Shown here: piece by piece, positions 38,243 through 48,791 of the stretch
How positions within the stretch are numbered: the first letter of the stretch is position 1
How the letters are laid out: every line of letters begins with the position of its first letter
DNA from: Nitrospirota bacterium
GTDB taxonomy: Bacteria > Nitrospirota > UBA9217
Assembly: GCA_963741205.1 (NCBI GenBank)
Contig: CAVUHW010000011.1
Span: forward strand, 1 to 52,866
Direction of reading: 5' to 3'
Length of the DNA: 52,866 nt
Made by a program: the position numbers and the translations under genes
Notes under the pieces: generated by a model
What the model saw: the letters and a program-made list of their open reading frames with translations, nothing else
Databases searched by the model: none
What the model was told of the DNA's origin: nothing

Positions 38243-39457
38243 TTAACCGCCTGCGACCGAACCCATCTGGAATATCGGCATATACATGGCCACGATCACA
38301 AATCCGACGGTTATACCCAGAAAAATCATGAGCATGGGTTCCAGCAGGGACGTGAGCGCGGCCACGGCCGAATCCACCTCGTCATCGTAGAAATCGGCGA
38401 TTTTGTTCAGCATGTTGTCCAGGGCGCCGGTGGCTTCGCCTACGGCGATCATCTGGACGACCATCGCCGGGAACACCTTAGACCTTCCCAGCGGCTCAGC
38501 CAGCGTTTTGCCTTCGCTCACGCTCTGTCGCGTGGTAACAATGGCCTCTTCAACGACCTTGTTGCCGGCCGTGCGTGAAACGATCAACAGACCCTCGAGA
38601 ATGGGCACGCCGCTGGTCATCAGGGTGCCGAGCGTTCGTGTAAATTTCGCCACCGATACTCTCTGGATCAGCGATCCGGCGACCGGCAATTTAAGAGCGA
38701 TGGCGTCGGTCATTCTCAGTCCCTTTTCAGTTTTCCTGAATTGCTTGATGCCGACGATTGAGCCGACAATGATTATAAGCGTAATCAGACCGCCCCATCC
38801 TTTCAGAAAATCGCTGATTGCCAGAACAATACGGGTAGGCAGCGGCAGCGCCTGGCCCGCTTCCTTGAACATGGCGCCCAGCATGGGGACCACGACAATC
38901 AACAAGAGGGTCACTACGGCGACGGCGACAAAGAGGATCACGGAGGGGTAGATCATCGCCGATTTGATCTGTTTCTTGATCTTGGCGAACTTTTCCATGT
39001 ATGCGGCCAGCCTCTGGAGGATCGTGTCCAGGATGCCCCCCGCTTCTCCGGCCGCGACCATGTTGACGTACAGGTTGTCGAAAACTTTGGGGTGTTTTTT
39101 TAAGGCGTCCGCGAAGGTCGCGCCGCTCTCCACATCGGTCCTGACCTGTCCGACGACCGAGGCAAGCGCCTTGTTCTCGGTCTGGCTGCCGAGAATATCG
39201 AGACACTGAACGAGGGGAAGACCGGCGTCGATCATGGTCGCGAGCTGGCGGGTAAGAATGACCACGTCCTTGTCGGTGATCTTCGGCTGTCCGAATTTGA
39301 ACTTGAGCTCCTTCGGTTTCGCATTAACGGCAATCGGAAGAATGTTCTGTTTGCGAAGAAGGGCAAGTACCTCTTCCTTGCTGCCCGCGGCGAGTTCGCC
39401 TTTCTGAACCGCCCCCTGCCGGGTCTTGCCTTCCCAGACAAATACCGTTGTTGCCAT
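38243..39457 (-). CDS. pilC: Type IV pilus platform protein PilC
   Basis: TRQLATMIDAGLPL, AGEAGGILD, SAMIYP, VGEATGALD, LEPMLM. Confidence 0.94.
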   Translation of the reverse strand: MATTVFVWEGKTRQGAVQKGELAAGSKEEVLALLRKQNILPIAVNAKPKELKFKFGQPKITDKDVVILTRQLATMIDAGLPLVQCLDILGSQTENKALASVVGQVRTDVESGATFADALKKHPKVFDNLYVNMVAAGEAGGILDTILQRLAAYMEKFAKIKKQIKSAMIYPSVILFVAVAVVTLLLIVVVPMLGAMFKEAGQALPLPTRIVLAISDFLKGWGGLITLIIIVGSIVGIKQFRKTEKGLRMTDAIALKLPVAGSLIQRVSVAKFTRTLGTLMTSGVPILEGLLIVSRTAGNKVVEEAIVTTRQSVSEGKTLAEPLGRSKVFPAMVVQMIAVGEATGALDNMLNKIADFYDDEVDSAVAALTSLLEPMLMIFLGITVGFVIVAMYMPIFQMGSVAGG

Positions 39458-39479
39458 TTTTCACCCCGTTTACTTTGTT

Positions 39480-39529
39480 GTCATTCCGGGCCTGCAAGCC
39501 CATCCCCGGACCTGATCCGTGGGAATGAC
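39480..39529. repeat. Collapsed family B palindrome between pilT and pilC
   Basis: GTCATTCC ... GGAATGAC termini with an internal CGGA-CCTGA-TCCG hairpin. Confidence 0.65.
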
Positions 39530-39612
39530 AGCATCGTAAAAAGTGAAGTATAAGTTTGACGCACCACACTTTTATTCTCTGAACCATCAACAACGAACTG
39601 TTCGCCTCATCG

Positions 39613-40713
39613 TTACCGATAATCTTTTTGAGCCGGCTGAGACGACAGTCCCGACCGCCCGACCATCTGAATGAGTTCGTCAGGATTCGACGACCTGCCG
39701 ATACAGTCTTCGTAGGAAATCATCTTCCGGACATACAGTTCATAGAGACTCTGGTTCAACGTCTGCATGCCGAATTTGGATTGGCCCGTCTGCATGATGG
39801 AATAAATCTGATGGATCTTGTCTTCGCGAATGAGGTTGCGGATCGCGGCGTTCGGCACCATGACTTCGAGCGCAAGGACCCTTCCGCCCCCGATTTTCGG
39901 TATGAGCTGCTGGGATATCACGCCTTCCAGAACAAAGGACAGCTGCGCCCGCACCTGCGACTGCTGATGGGGCGGAAACACGTCAATGATGCGGTTGATG
40001 GTCTGGGCCGCCGAGTTGGTATGCAGGGTAGCAAACGTAAGATGGCCGGTCTCGGCGATGGTCAGGGCCGCCTCGATGGTTTCGAGGTCCCGCATTTCTC
40101 CCACGAGCACCACGTCCGGGTCCTGCCGGAGGATATATTTCAGGGCGTCCTTGAACGACTTCGTATCGGCATTCACTTCGCGCTGGTTGACGAGGCATTT
40201 TTTGTGAGGATGAAGGTATTCAATGGGGTCTTCGATCGTGATGATGTGTTCCTGCCGCTCGTTGTTGATTTTGTCTATCATCGACGCCAGCGTGGTCGAC
40301 TTGCCGCTGCCGGTGGGGCCCGTCACCAGGACCATCCCCCGCGGTTTCTTGCACAGGTCGGAAACCACGTCCGGAAGGCCGAGTTCCTGGAACGTTTTGA
40401 TCTTGAACGGGATGGTCCGTATCGCCGCGGCGACGGCGCCCCGCTGGACGAAGATATTGGCGCGGAAACGGGAGAGGTTCTTGATGCCGAAGGAGAGATC
40501 GAGTTCGCTGTTTTCCTCGAATTTATGCTTTTGGGCATCCGTGAGAATGCTGTAGCAGAGGTCCTTTGTCTGCGTCGCGGTGAGGGCATCAAGGCCGGGT
40601 ATTGCCTTCATTTTCCCGTCAATGCGGATCGACGGGGCAATGCCGGTCGTAATATGAAGATCGGACGCCCCCTTTTCGATCATATACTTCAACAGGTCAT
40701 GCAAATTCGCCAT
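39613..40713 (-). CDS. pilT: Type IV pilus retraction ATPase PilT
   Basis: GASDLH, GPTGSGKSTT, TIEDPIE, RQDPDVVLVGEMRD, TLHT, AIRNLIRE. Confidence 0.97.
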   Translation of the reverse strand: MANLHDLLKYMIEKGASDLHITTGIAPSIRIDGKMKAIPGLDALTATQTKDLCYSILTDAQKHKFEENSELDLSFGIKNLSRFRANIFVQRGAVAAAIRTIPFKIKTFQELGLPDVVSDLCKKPRGMVLVTGPTGSGKSTTLASMIDKINNERQEHIITIEDPIEYLHPHKKCLVNQREVNADTKSFKDALKYILRQDPDVVLVGEMRDLETIEAALTIAETGHLTFATLHTNSAAQTINRIIDVFPPHQQSQVRAQLSFVLEGVISQQLIPKIGGGRVLALEVMVPNAAIRNLIREDKIHQIYSIMQTGQSKFGMQTLNQSLYELYVRKMISYEDCIGRSSNPDELIQMVGRSGLSSQPAQKDYR

Positions 40714-40738
40714 GAGACGGCACCTCTTTAGGGTTTTT

Positions 40739-40833
40739 TGGACCGAGCAGACCGCGTCGGCGTTCTTTCTCTATCGCTGGCAACGCAAACGACCTGTTCC
40801 GAAGAAAAACGGCAACATGGTTGCCTCGGTCCA
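40739..40833. repeat. REPIN-like inverted doublet, family A, copy 7
   Basis: Arms TGGACCGAGCAGACCGCGTCGGCGT (40739-40763) and ACGGCAACATGGTTGCCTCGGTCCA (40809-40833). Confidence 0.9.
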
Positions 40834-40840
40834 TAAAGCG

Positions 40841-42690
40841 TCAATCGGGGAATGTATTTTCCACCACTTCTTCGAGGGACGTAAGTCCCGCCTTCACCTT
40901 CAAAAGGCCGCTTCTCCGCAGGGTTTTCATGCCCGATGCAATCGCCTGCTTCTTGATGTCGAAAACCGAGGCCCCCTGCAGGATCAGTTCCTTGATCTCG
41001 TCCTTGATCGGCATCACCTCATAGAGCGCGACCCTGCCCTTGTAGCCCGTTCTTGTTGCAGACGTCGCAGCCTGTGCCCTTGTAGCTGACGACGCCCTCG
41101 GCCTCTTCGGGAGAAAAGCCGGCGTCGATAAAGGTCTGCACCGGCAGTTTTTCCGGCTTTTTGCAGTTGGCACAGGCCCTGCGCACGAGCCGCTGGGCGA
41201 CGATGAGGATGACCGCCGACGAAACGAGAAACGGTTCGACGCCCATATTGAGCATGCGGTTGATGGTGCTCGGGGCGTCATTCGTGTGCAGGGTGGTGAG
41301 AACGAGGTGCCCGGTGAGGGCCGCCTTGACGCCGATCTCCGCCGTTTCATAATCGCGGGTCTCTCCCACCATGATGATGTCCGGGTCCTGCCGGAGGAAG
41401 GAGCGGAGCGCGGCGGCGAAATTGAGCCCGATCTCATCCTTCATCTGCACCTGGTTGATGCCCATGAGGTTGAACTCCACCGGGTCCTCGGCGGTCATGA
41501 GGTTTTCCGAGTCTTTGTTGAGTTCGCTCAAGGCCGAATAGAGCGTGGTCGTTTTGCCGCTTCCGGTCGGGCCCGGTAACAAGGACCATGCCGAAGGGCC
41601 TGCCAAGGGCTTCCTGGAAATCGACCAACTGGTCCTGAATCGAACCCGAGCTTCGTCATGTCGAGCTGAAGGTTCGACTTGTCAAGGAGCCGCATCACGA
41701 TCTTTTCGCCGAACAGGGTCGGGAGCACCGAGACCCGGTAATCCATGACCTTGTTCTTGCCCATCTTGAGCTTGATCCTCCCGTCCTGGGGAAGCCGGCG
41801 CTCGGCGATATCGAGGGAAGCCATGATCTTTATCCGGGAGATGATGGCGTTCCTGATCTTGAGCGGCAAACCCATTACGGTGCTCAGCACACCGTCCAGA
41901 CGGTACCTGACCCTGAACTTCTTTTCGTAGGGCTCGACATGGATGTCGGAGACGCCCAGTTTGGCCGCGCGCAAAAGGATGCCGTTCACCAGTTTGACGA
42001 TGGGCGCTTCGACTTCGCCGGAAAGCTGGTCCAGCGATTGATCTTCCACGAGCTCGAGGTCATCGACGGCGCCGTGGACGAGGTCGTCGAAATCATCGAC
42101 ATCGACGATGCCGCCGATATCGATATCGTCGATGATTGAATCTTCGGCCTGCATATCGTCGAGCGTATAGTCCTTCGCTTCAATGGTAAGTTTTTTCTCC
42201 TGCTTCGACTGGGCAGGCGAGGCGCCGCCGCGCCGGATTTGGCTGCCGCGAGGGACTTTGTCCCGCCGTAATATTTTTTAATCGCCTCGATGATCGCCCC
42301 TTCCGTCGCCACGACGGCTTCAACGTTGTAACCGGTCATGAATTTGATGTCGTCGATGGCGAAGATGTTCGAGGGGTCCACCATGGCAATGGTGATGGTG
42401 GCGCCGGCCCGGTTGATCGGCATGATGCGGTATTTCTGGGCAACTTCAGCGGGGATGTGTTTGATGACGGCGGGATTGATCTCGAATTTGCTCAGGTCGA
42501 CGTAGGGCACGCCGTATTGCTTGCTCAGGAAGGTCATGAGTTTGTCTTCCTGGACGAACCCCAGTTTGACCAGGATGGAACCGAGCCGGCCGCCTTCCGT
42601 CTTCTGCACCGAAAGCGACTTCCTGAGCTGATCATCGGTTATCAGGCCCGACGATACAAGCATTGAGCCGAGCCTTCCTGACATTGCCAT
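40841..42690 (-). CDS. pilB: Type IV pilus assembly ATPase PilB with MshEN domain; at least four frameshifts
   Basis: Tandem RLGxxLVxxG MshEN motifs, [53 protein letters not shown]. Confidence 0.92.
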
Positions 42691-43637
42691 AGGAACTCCT
42701 TAACTAAAAAATCACCTTGAATATTACTTGAATACGCACGGTATGTCAAGATGTGACGTTGTGACTGCTCTTTCCCGGTCATCCGGCGCGACTGGCAGAT
42801 CTGCCGGGCAAGGGCGTTTTTCATGACCGATACGGGGGCCTTTGCACCCGTCCACAGTTCGAAGGCGATGACTCCCTGGTAAAGGAGCATTCCGAGGCCG
42901 GTAAGTATTCGGGCGCCCCGGTCTTTCGCGGCCTTCAGCAATGCGGTCTCGGGCGGATTGTAGACGAGATCGTAAACAAGATGATGCGGCCGGATCAATT
43001 CCTTGCCGAACGGGAGCGGATCGTTCTTTTTCAAACCCAGCGGCGTGGCGTTGATCACGCAGCGCGCCTCTTCCGCAACGGCGGCGAGAAGGCGGGCGGA
43101 TAACGCTTCCGCGACGATGCCGGTCTTTCGCCGTATGTCGCGCGCGAGCGCGGCTGCCTTCCCGGCATCGACGTCGTACAAGGCGATCTTCTCCGCATGC
43201 GCGAGGGCGAGACAGAAACCCAAGGCCCGCGCGGCGCCGCCCGCGCCGATGATCAGCACGGTTTTGCCTTTGGGGTCGAACCTCGCCTCGTCGCGGAGGG
43301 ACCGGATAAATCCCCGGCCGTCCGTGTTGTGGCCGATCAGGCGCCCGTCCCGCACTTCGACGGTGTTTACCGCTCCGATCAGACGGGCCTCTTCCGAGAG
43401 CTGGTCCAGACCGGCGACGATTTTCTCCTTGTGGGGCACCGTGATGTTCAACCCGCAAAGACCCAGGGGAACCACGGCTTTCACCGCATCCCTGAGCCGG
43501 GAGGGATGAACGCTAAAGGGAACATAACAGGCATCCATGCCGAGCTTCTTGAAGGCCGCGTTATGCATGCCGGGCGAAAAGCTATGCTCCACGGGATAAC
43601 CGAAAATTCCGTATAATTTAGTTGTGCCTGAAATCAC
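42642..43637 (-). CDS. aroE: Shikimate dehydrogenase
   Basis: HSFSPGMHN, NITVPHKE, GAVNT, HNTDGRG, GAGGAA, INATPLG, GLGMLLYQG; ORF overlaps pilB, so the true stop is probably earlier. Confidence 0.92.
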   Translation of the reverse strand: MISGTTKLYGIFGYPVEHSFSPGMHNAAFKKLGMDACYVPFSVHPSRLRDAVKAVVPLGLCGLNITVPHKEKIVAGLDQLSEEARLIGAVNTVEVRDGRLIGHNTDGRGFIRSLRDEARFDPKGKTVLIIGAGGAARALGFCLALAHAEKIALYDVDAGKAAALARDIRRKTGIVAEALSARLLAAVAEEARCVINATPLGLKKNDPLPFGKELIRPHHLVYDLVYNPPETALLKAAKDRGARILTGLGMLLYQGVIAFELWTGAKAPVSVMKNALARQICQSRRMTGKEQSQRHILTYRAYSSNIQGDFLVKEFLWQCQEGSAQCLYRRA

Positions 43638-44931
43638 GCTTTCTGTCCCTCCCTTCCCTTTTCAGCAATGCGACGAGGTCCTTGATGCCTCCCACCGGGA
43701 CCATCTTCACACCGAAACGAGCACTCAGTTGTTCGAGGCTCATTCCGTCGAGGAACACGCCCTCGTCTTCTTTGAGCGCTTCAGCGGGAACGACTACGAG
43801 ATCTCCCAACCGTTTGCCCTTCAGGGCCGCGGCGATATCGTCCCCGGTCAGCAGACCGGCTACCGTTACCGAGGGACCGAAAAATTGGTTTCGAACGGCG
43901 AGCACACGCAGCGAAAGGCCCCGGATTTTCCTGAGTCCTGCCACTGCGTCCTTGAGGATTCCGCCGAAGGAAACGCCGGTTACCAGAGTAACGCGGAGCG
44001 GATCGATCGCCGCCGGTATCCGGGTTCGCCGCGCACTTTGCAGGAAATCGGAGACCATCCCAACGCCGTTCTCTATCTGGGGAAAGTCCTCATAAAAGGA
44101 GGCGGGCGGCGCGGGAATTCCCGCCTTGATGTAGAACTCGTCGGACGCGAACACGATTCGCGCGCCGGTCTTCTTTTTCAATTCTTCTCCGAATCGTGTG
44201 ACGGCATCGATGACCGCGCGCGCCTCGCTGCGGGTAAACGCCCTGAGGGGGTACAGCCCTTTTCGGAAAGAGGTCAATCCCACGGGAACCACGGCTACGG
44301 AGAGCACGGACGGAAAAAGCCCCGACAGATCGTCGAGGGTCCTCTGGAGAAACGGCCCGTCGTTGACACCCGGAGACAACACGACTTGCGCATGCATTTT
44401 GATGCCGCCGGCCGCCAGCCGCCTCATGCTCGCCAGGATATCGGGCGCTTTTTTGTTACCCACGATGAAGGACCGGAGGGCGGGATCGGTCGCATGTACG
44501 GAAATGTAGAGGGGGGACAGGCGCTGACGGAATATGCGCCGCCAATCAGATTCGGAAAGGGCGCCGAGGGTTATATAGTTCCCATACAGGAACGACGCCC
44601 GGAAATCATCGTCCTTCACATACAGGCTCTTCCGGCACTCCGAAGGCATCTGATCGACGAAGCAGAAGATGCACTTGTTTCGGCAGCGTTTGACCGGAAA
44701 GGGGGCGAAGGACAGCCCCAGCGTGTCATCGGGGTCCTTGCGGAAAGAGACGGTCCTGGCCCTCCCCCCGGGAGTGATCAGTTTGAGGGTGACTCGTTCC
44801 TCGGCCACGAGAAAACGGTAATCGATAACGTCATGCACCTCTTCGCCGTTGATGGAGACGATGCAGTCTCCCTTTTTTACGCCCCGGCGCGCGGCGATGC
44901 TTCCCGGGGTGATGTCCATGATCCCGATCAA
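43618..44931 (-). CDS. PDZ + radical-SAM-like DUF512 protein
   Basis: N-terminal PDZ, CRNKCIFCFVDQ, LYVKDDD, QIENGVG, VAGLLTG. Confidence 0.88.
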   Translation of the reverse strand: MIGIMDITPGSIAARRGVKKGDCIVSINGEEVHDVIDYRFLVAEERVTLKLITPGGRARTVSFRKDPDDTLGLSFAPFPVKRCRNKCIFCFVDQMPSECRKSLYVKDDDFRASFLYGNYITLGALSESDWRRIFRQRLSPLYISVHATDPALRSFIVGNKKAPDILASMRRLAAGGIKMHAQVVLSPGVNDGPFLQRTLDDLSGLFPSVLSVAVVPVGLTSFRKGLYPLRAFTRSEARAVIDAVTRFGEELKKKTGARIVFASDEFYIKAGIPAPPASFYEDFPQIENGVGMVSDFLQSARRTRIPAAIDPLRVTLVTGVSFGGILKDAVAGLRKIRGLSLRVLAVRNQFFGPSVTVAGLLTGDDIAAALKGKRLGDLVVVPAEALKEDEGVFLDGMSLEQLSARFGVKMVPVGGIKDLVALLKREGRDRKRDFRHN

Positions 44932-45366
44932 TCAGTTGGCCCTCTTGGAGGCGAACATGAATTCGATATAGCCGGCGATCTGCGTCCTGGCCTCGTCGGA
45001 GACCTGTCTGAATTTTCTCAGAAGCAAGATCTCGTCAACGGCGAGGATCTTCTCGAGGTAATTGATCTGCTCTTCCGAAAGCGGGAACTTGCGCTTGCCG
45101 CGCCTGAATCTGGCCTGGGACGGCGAGAGGAAAAAACCCTTGACCTCGGCGGGCACTTTCTCCTGGTGCGCGGCCAGGATCAGGACCGACCTGTCGATAT
45201 TCAGCTTGCCCGCGATCAGCATAAGCGTTGTATCCTTGGGTATGTGTCCTTTATTGATCGTGACCCTCAGGAGTTCAGGGCTGATCCCGAGGACCTTCGA
45301 CGCGTCCTTCAGGTTCTTAAAGCCCTTTTTTTCCAGAGCCTGTCTGATCATTTCCGATATTTTCAT
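44932..45366 (-). CDS. XRE-like helix-turn-helix protein
   Basis: NLKDASKVLGISPELL..GHIPKD HTH-like segment; GGGAGG RBS. Confidence 0.65.
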   Translation of the reverse strand: MKISEMIRQALEKKGFKNLKDASKVLGISPELLRVTINKGHIPKDTTLMLIAGKLNIDRSVLILAAHQEKVPAEVKGFFLSPSQARFRRGKRKFPLSEEQINYLEKILAVDEILLLRKFRQVSDEARTQIAGYIEFMFASKRAN

Positions 45367-45387
45367 TGAGCCCTCCCGGAGATTTTT

Positions 45388-45924
45388 TTACTCTCGATTA
45401 TGTCCCACGATCTTCGTCCCCCGCGCGACATACTGGATGCCCGAGGCCAGTGTAAAGGCGGCGGTGGTCCCGTGCAGGACGGCCATCAATCCCAAACCAG
45501 CGCCGAAATTCGTCAACACCAGGGACAGCGTCACCGTGACAAGCTGCAGGACGGTTGTCGCCTTCCCGATGAGGGATGGCCGGGCCGTGAACTGATGCCC
45601 CGTAAAAAAGATCGCGACGCTGCCGAGCACGAGGATGATGTCCCTGCTCACGACGATGATGACCAGCCATATGGGGAGCATGTCCTTGATTGCGAGCGTT
45701 ACAAAGGCGGAAATGATCAACAGTTTGTCCGCCATCGGGTCGAGAAATGCCCCGAGCTCCGTGATCTTGTTGGTGAGCCGGGCAATCATGCCGTCGAGGG
45801 CATCGGTTACGCAGGCGGCGATGAACACCGCGAGCGCCGCCCCGTAGTAGCCGTAGATCATCAGATTGATGAAAAACGGAATGAGGATGATCCTGAGCAG
45901 CGTGATGTAGTTCGGGAGGTTCAT
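45388..45924 (-). CDS. Second CDP-alcohol phosphatidyltransferase (PgsA/Cls-like)
   Basis: MNLPNYITLLR, TDALDGMIAR, GAFLDPMADK. Confidence 0.9.
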   Translation of the reverse strand: MNLPNYITLLRIILIPFFINLMIYGYYGAALAVFIAACVTDALDGMIARLTNKITELGAFLDPMADKLLIISAFVTLAIKDMLPIWLVIIVVSRDIILVLGSVAIFFTGHQFTARPSLIGKATTVLQLVTVTLSLVLTNFGAGLGLMAVLHGTTAAFTLASGIQYVARGTKIVGHNRE

Positions 45925-46146
45925 CGGCTCCTCCGGCGCATCGCGAGGCGACCGGTCGGCAGATATATTAAACAAGTTTATTTGTGATGTCAACCTTTAT
46001 CTTTTTGTTACCATTTGTTTTTGTCTCATGGGAGCGAACTACGGGGGGACATCTAACGAAACAACCACATCCATATTCTGATCGAAGTTAAATGGATTAT
46101 AGAACGGTTTATTTTAATATTATCCTAAGGTCAGGGGTCCTAGGTA

Positions 46147-46917
46147 CTAAACGGGGAATGCGATCCCGGACAAGCGGCCGCATGCTGCAAGATACTTTTC
46201 CTGGACAGCCGGGTCCGCGGCAGCGGGGTTAAAGCTCCGGAGTTGTTGATGATGGAAATATCTTCCTGAGACCAGGGCTTCCTTGTCCTGGCTCACCGCC
46301 AACCGCACCTGCGTCCTCGACCCCTCCTCGATGCTGTCGGGTGCTCCCGGCCCTCCCATCCTCGTGGCCGCCCAGCCGGGATCCACTACATTGGACAATA
46401 CATCGTGCCATTTGCGGGCAACGGTAAGAGCAAGAATGACGTTGTGCAGCTTCGAATCGGCGTAGGCTCTCGATGCATCCCACGGCCGGCTGCTCCAGGT
46501 CAGGTCGTTCAAACTGGCGTCGCCGCTTCGATGCAGGCCCGAAGTCGTATAGACCAAGCGCTTCGGCCTCCTGATCAGGCAGGTCAGGATATAGGGGGCC
46601 AGGGAGTTCACCGCAAAGACCTGCGGCAGGCCGTCGACGGTACGGATGCCGTGGGGATCGAGATAGATGCCGGCATTATGGATCACGGCATCGAACGAAC
46701 CCTGCTCGTTCACTTGGTCCGCAATGGACTTCGTTTCCGCAATGCTCGCAAGATCGCCGAAAACCGCGGTCAATGCGCCCGGGACTTTGGAAAGCGCCTC
46801 ATCTGCCCGATCCCGATTTCGTCCGTGCACCACGACCTGGTGGCCCTGTGCCACCAGCATTCGCGCCTCCATGATGCCGAGACCGTCGGCAGAACCGGTA
46901 ATGAATATTCTCGCCAT
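46147..46917 (-). CDS. SDR family oxidoreductase
   Basis: FITGSADGLG, HNAG, YADSK, VDPGW. Confidence 0.9.
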   Translation of the reverse strand: MARIFITGSADGLGIMEARMLVAQGHQVVVHGRNRDRADEALSKVPGALTAVFGDLASIAETKSIADQVNEQGSFDAVIHNAGIYLDPHGIRTVDGLPQVFAVNSLAPYILTCLIRRPKRLVYTTSGLHRSGDASLNDLTWSSRPWDASRAYADSKLHNVILALTVARKWHDVLSNVVDPGWAATRMGGPGAPDSIEEGSRTQVRLAVSQDKEALVSGRYFHHQQLRSFNPAAADPAVQEKYLAACGRLSGIAFPV

Positions 46918-46950
46918 GGAGTTTTCCCGAAAAACCTGGCCCTCTTGCCA

Positions 46951-47863
46951 CTAAAACGAACAAACGCCGGTTGCGGGATCGCACGCTGCGGCACTTGTCT
47001 TCGGTGAGATGAAATAGCCGTTTCCTGCTTCACGCTTTTGGATCAGTTGCTTGTTCAAGAGCGAGTCGATCACGGTCTTCAGCCCGTCATTGCCGAGGTC
47101 GAATGTCATCTGGATCTCGATCGGAGCCACGGAACCATACCTGATTATAAATGCCATAAGGGACCCTTCATCGGCCGGAACCGGATCGTTCCTGGATTTC
47201 TCCGCCCGACAAATGCCCGATCAGCGCCTTGAACTCTTCATACCGCTTGTACCCGCGAATCACCATTTCCTTCTCCCCATATTTCAGTAAAAAAGAAGGA
47301 AAGCCGCGCGCCCCGTATTTGGCCGTAATCGCAAGGTCCTGCTCAAAGGCCTTTTGCGCCGGACCATGGGTAAAGTCGTCGAGGAAACGGGCAATATCGA
47401 GCCCTACTTCCGATGCCAGTTCCAGCAGGATTTCTGTTCTGTTCGTTTGCCTGGCTTCGGCAGCCGACGCTTCCCTAATACGCCGGAGGAACTTGTTTGC
47501 GAGCGCCTGGTCCTGCATTTGTGCGGCCTTATAGGCGATATTCTGCGGGTACGTGGAGGGGTGCTCCCGGGAAAAGAGCTTGAAGCCCTCGCTCCTTACC
47601 GGCATGCCGTGACGTTCGGACGCATCCACCCAATGCTTGGCAATGTTTCTGTTCGATCGGTCCGGGTCGCCGCCGATGTCATTGTAACTATCGTAGAACG
47701 ACGTGATGTCCTGGACCAACCCGCCCATGATGTAGCTTATCTTTATTTGTTCGCCGAACCTGGTCTCGAGCTTCCGGAGCACCGGTTCGCTGCCCCAGCA
47801 CCAAGTACATACAGGATCGGTAAATTCGGTGATCTCGATCATCTTGTCAATTGATGTACTCAT
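46951..47863 (-). CDS. DsbA/FrnE (YjbH/SpxH-like) thioredoxin-fold protein, frameshifted near 47175
   Basis: TDPVCTWCWG, GFPSF; the second frame ends ACDPATGVCSF. Confidence 0.8.
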
Positions 47864-48152
47864 AGTGGATCATACCCCGGAGATGAGCCCCGGAGCCTCT
47901 TATGCAGCGCTGAGACGACCAAACGCCTGCCGTTGTTGATAAATACAGTATAATACTCCCCCTGATTTTAACAGTTGCGGAGTGAACCTTGCACATGAAC
48001 ATGGACGTAACCCGTTTATCGGGTTGACGGGATGGTTAAAAGCTGTCCGCCGTCGCAGTAAGTTGTCTAGGTTGGCAACGTCCCTACTTGCTTCATGGTT
48101 AGATTTATCACAACTGGTTCTTTTATTTTTGAATTGAAAAGCGAACGGCATT

Positions 48153-48791
48153 TTAAACCTGCACCTTGCAGTAATTGATTTTCTTTCCTTCGGCCTTGAA
48201 CTTGTCCTCGTACTCCGTAGTCACATTTTTTGCATCAAATTCTGTACTGTGGAGGTCCTCCGTGGATTTCAGAAGCATCATCCCGCTGTCTTCAAATTCA
48301 CTCTTCGCAAAAACAAAAAGGCCATCGTTATCGGTCTTAAATTCAATGCAGCATCCCTCTTTTAGAATCTGCCGGTAGCCGTTTAGATATCTGCTGTGGG
48401 TCAGCCTTCGTTTGGCATGGCGGCCCTTTGGCCAGGGATCGCAGAAGTTCAGGTAAATACCTGTCAGTTCATCCTCCTCGAAATATTCATTCACATAGTT
48501 GACATACTCTTTGACAAAAACAATGTTATCCAGTCCTACACTTGTGGCTTTCTCCAATGCCCGCAGTATGATGCTGCCTCTGCCTTCGACCGCGATATAA
48601 TTCCGGTCGGGATTCTGTTCCGCCAGTGTCATGATGAACTGTCCCCTGCCGCAGCCGAACTCGGCAAAAATCTCGTTCCCGTTTTCAAAAACCTGCTGCC
48701 ACTTTCCCTTTCTGTCCCTGGGATCCTCAATTAAATATTGATGATGCTCAGCAAGTCTTTCCTCTACATTCTTTACTTTTCTTTGTCGCAT
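48153..48791 (-). CDS. trmB: tRNA (guanine-N7)-methyltransferase
   Basis: EFGCGRGQF, YLNFCDPWPKGRHAKRRLT, FKTDN, TEYEDKF; start MRQRK. Confidence 0.93.
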   Translation of the reverse strand: MRQRKVKNVEERLAEHHQYLIEDPRDRKGKWQQVFENGNEIFAEFGCGRGQFIMTLAEQNPDRNYIAVEGRGSIILRALEKATSVGLDNIVFVKEYVNYVNEYFEEDELTGIYLNFCDPWPKGRHAKRRLTHSRYLNGYRQILKEGCCIEFKTDNDGLFVFAKSEFEDSGMMLLKSTEDLHSTEFDAKNVTTEYEDKFKAEGKKINYCKVQV

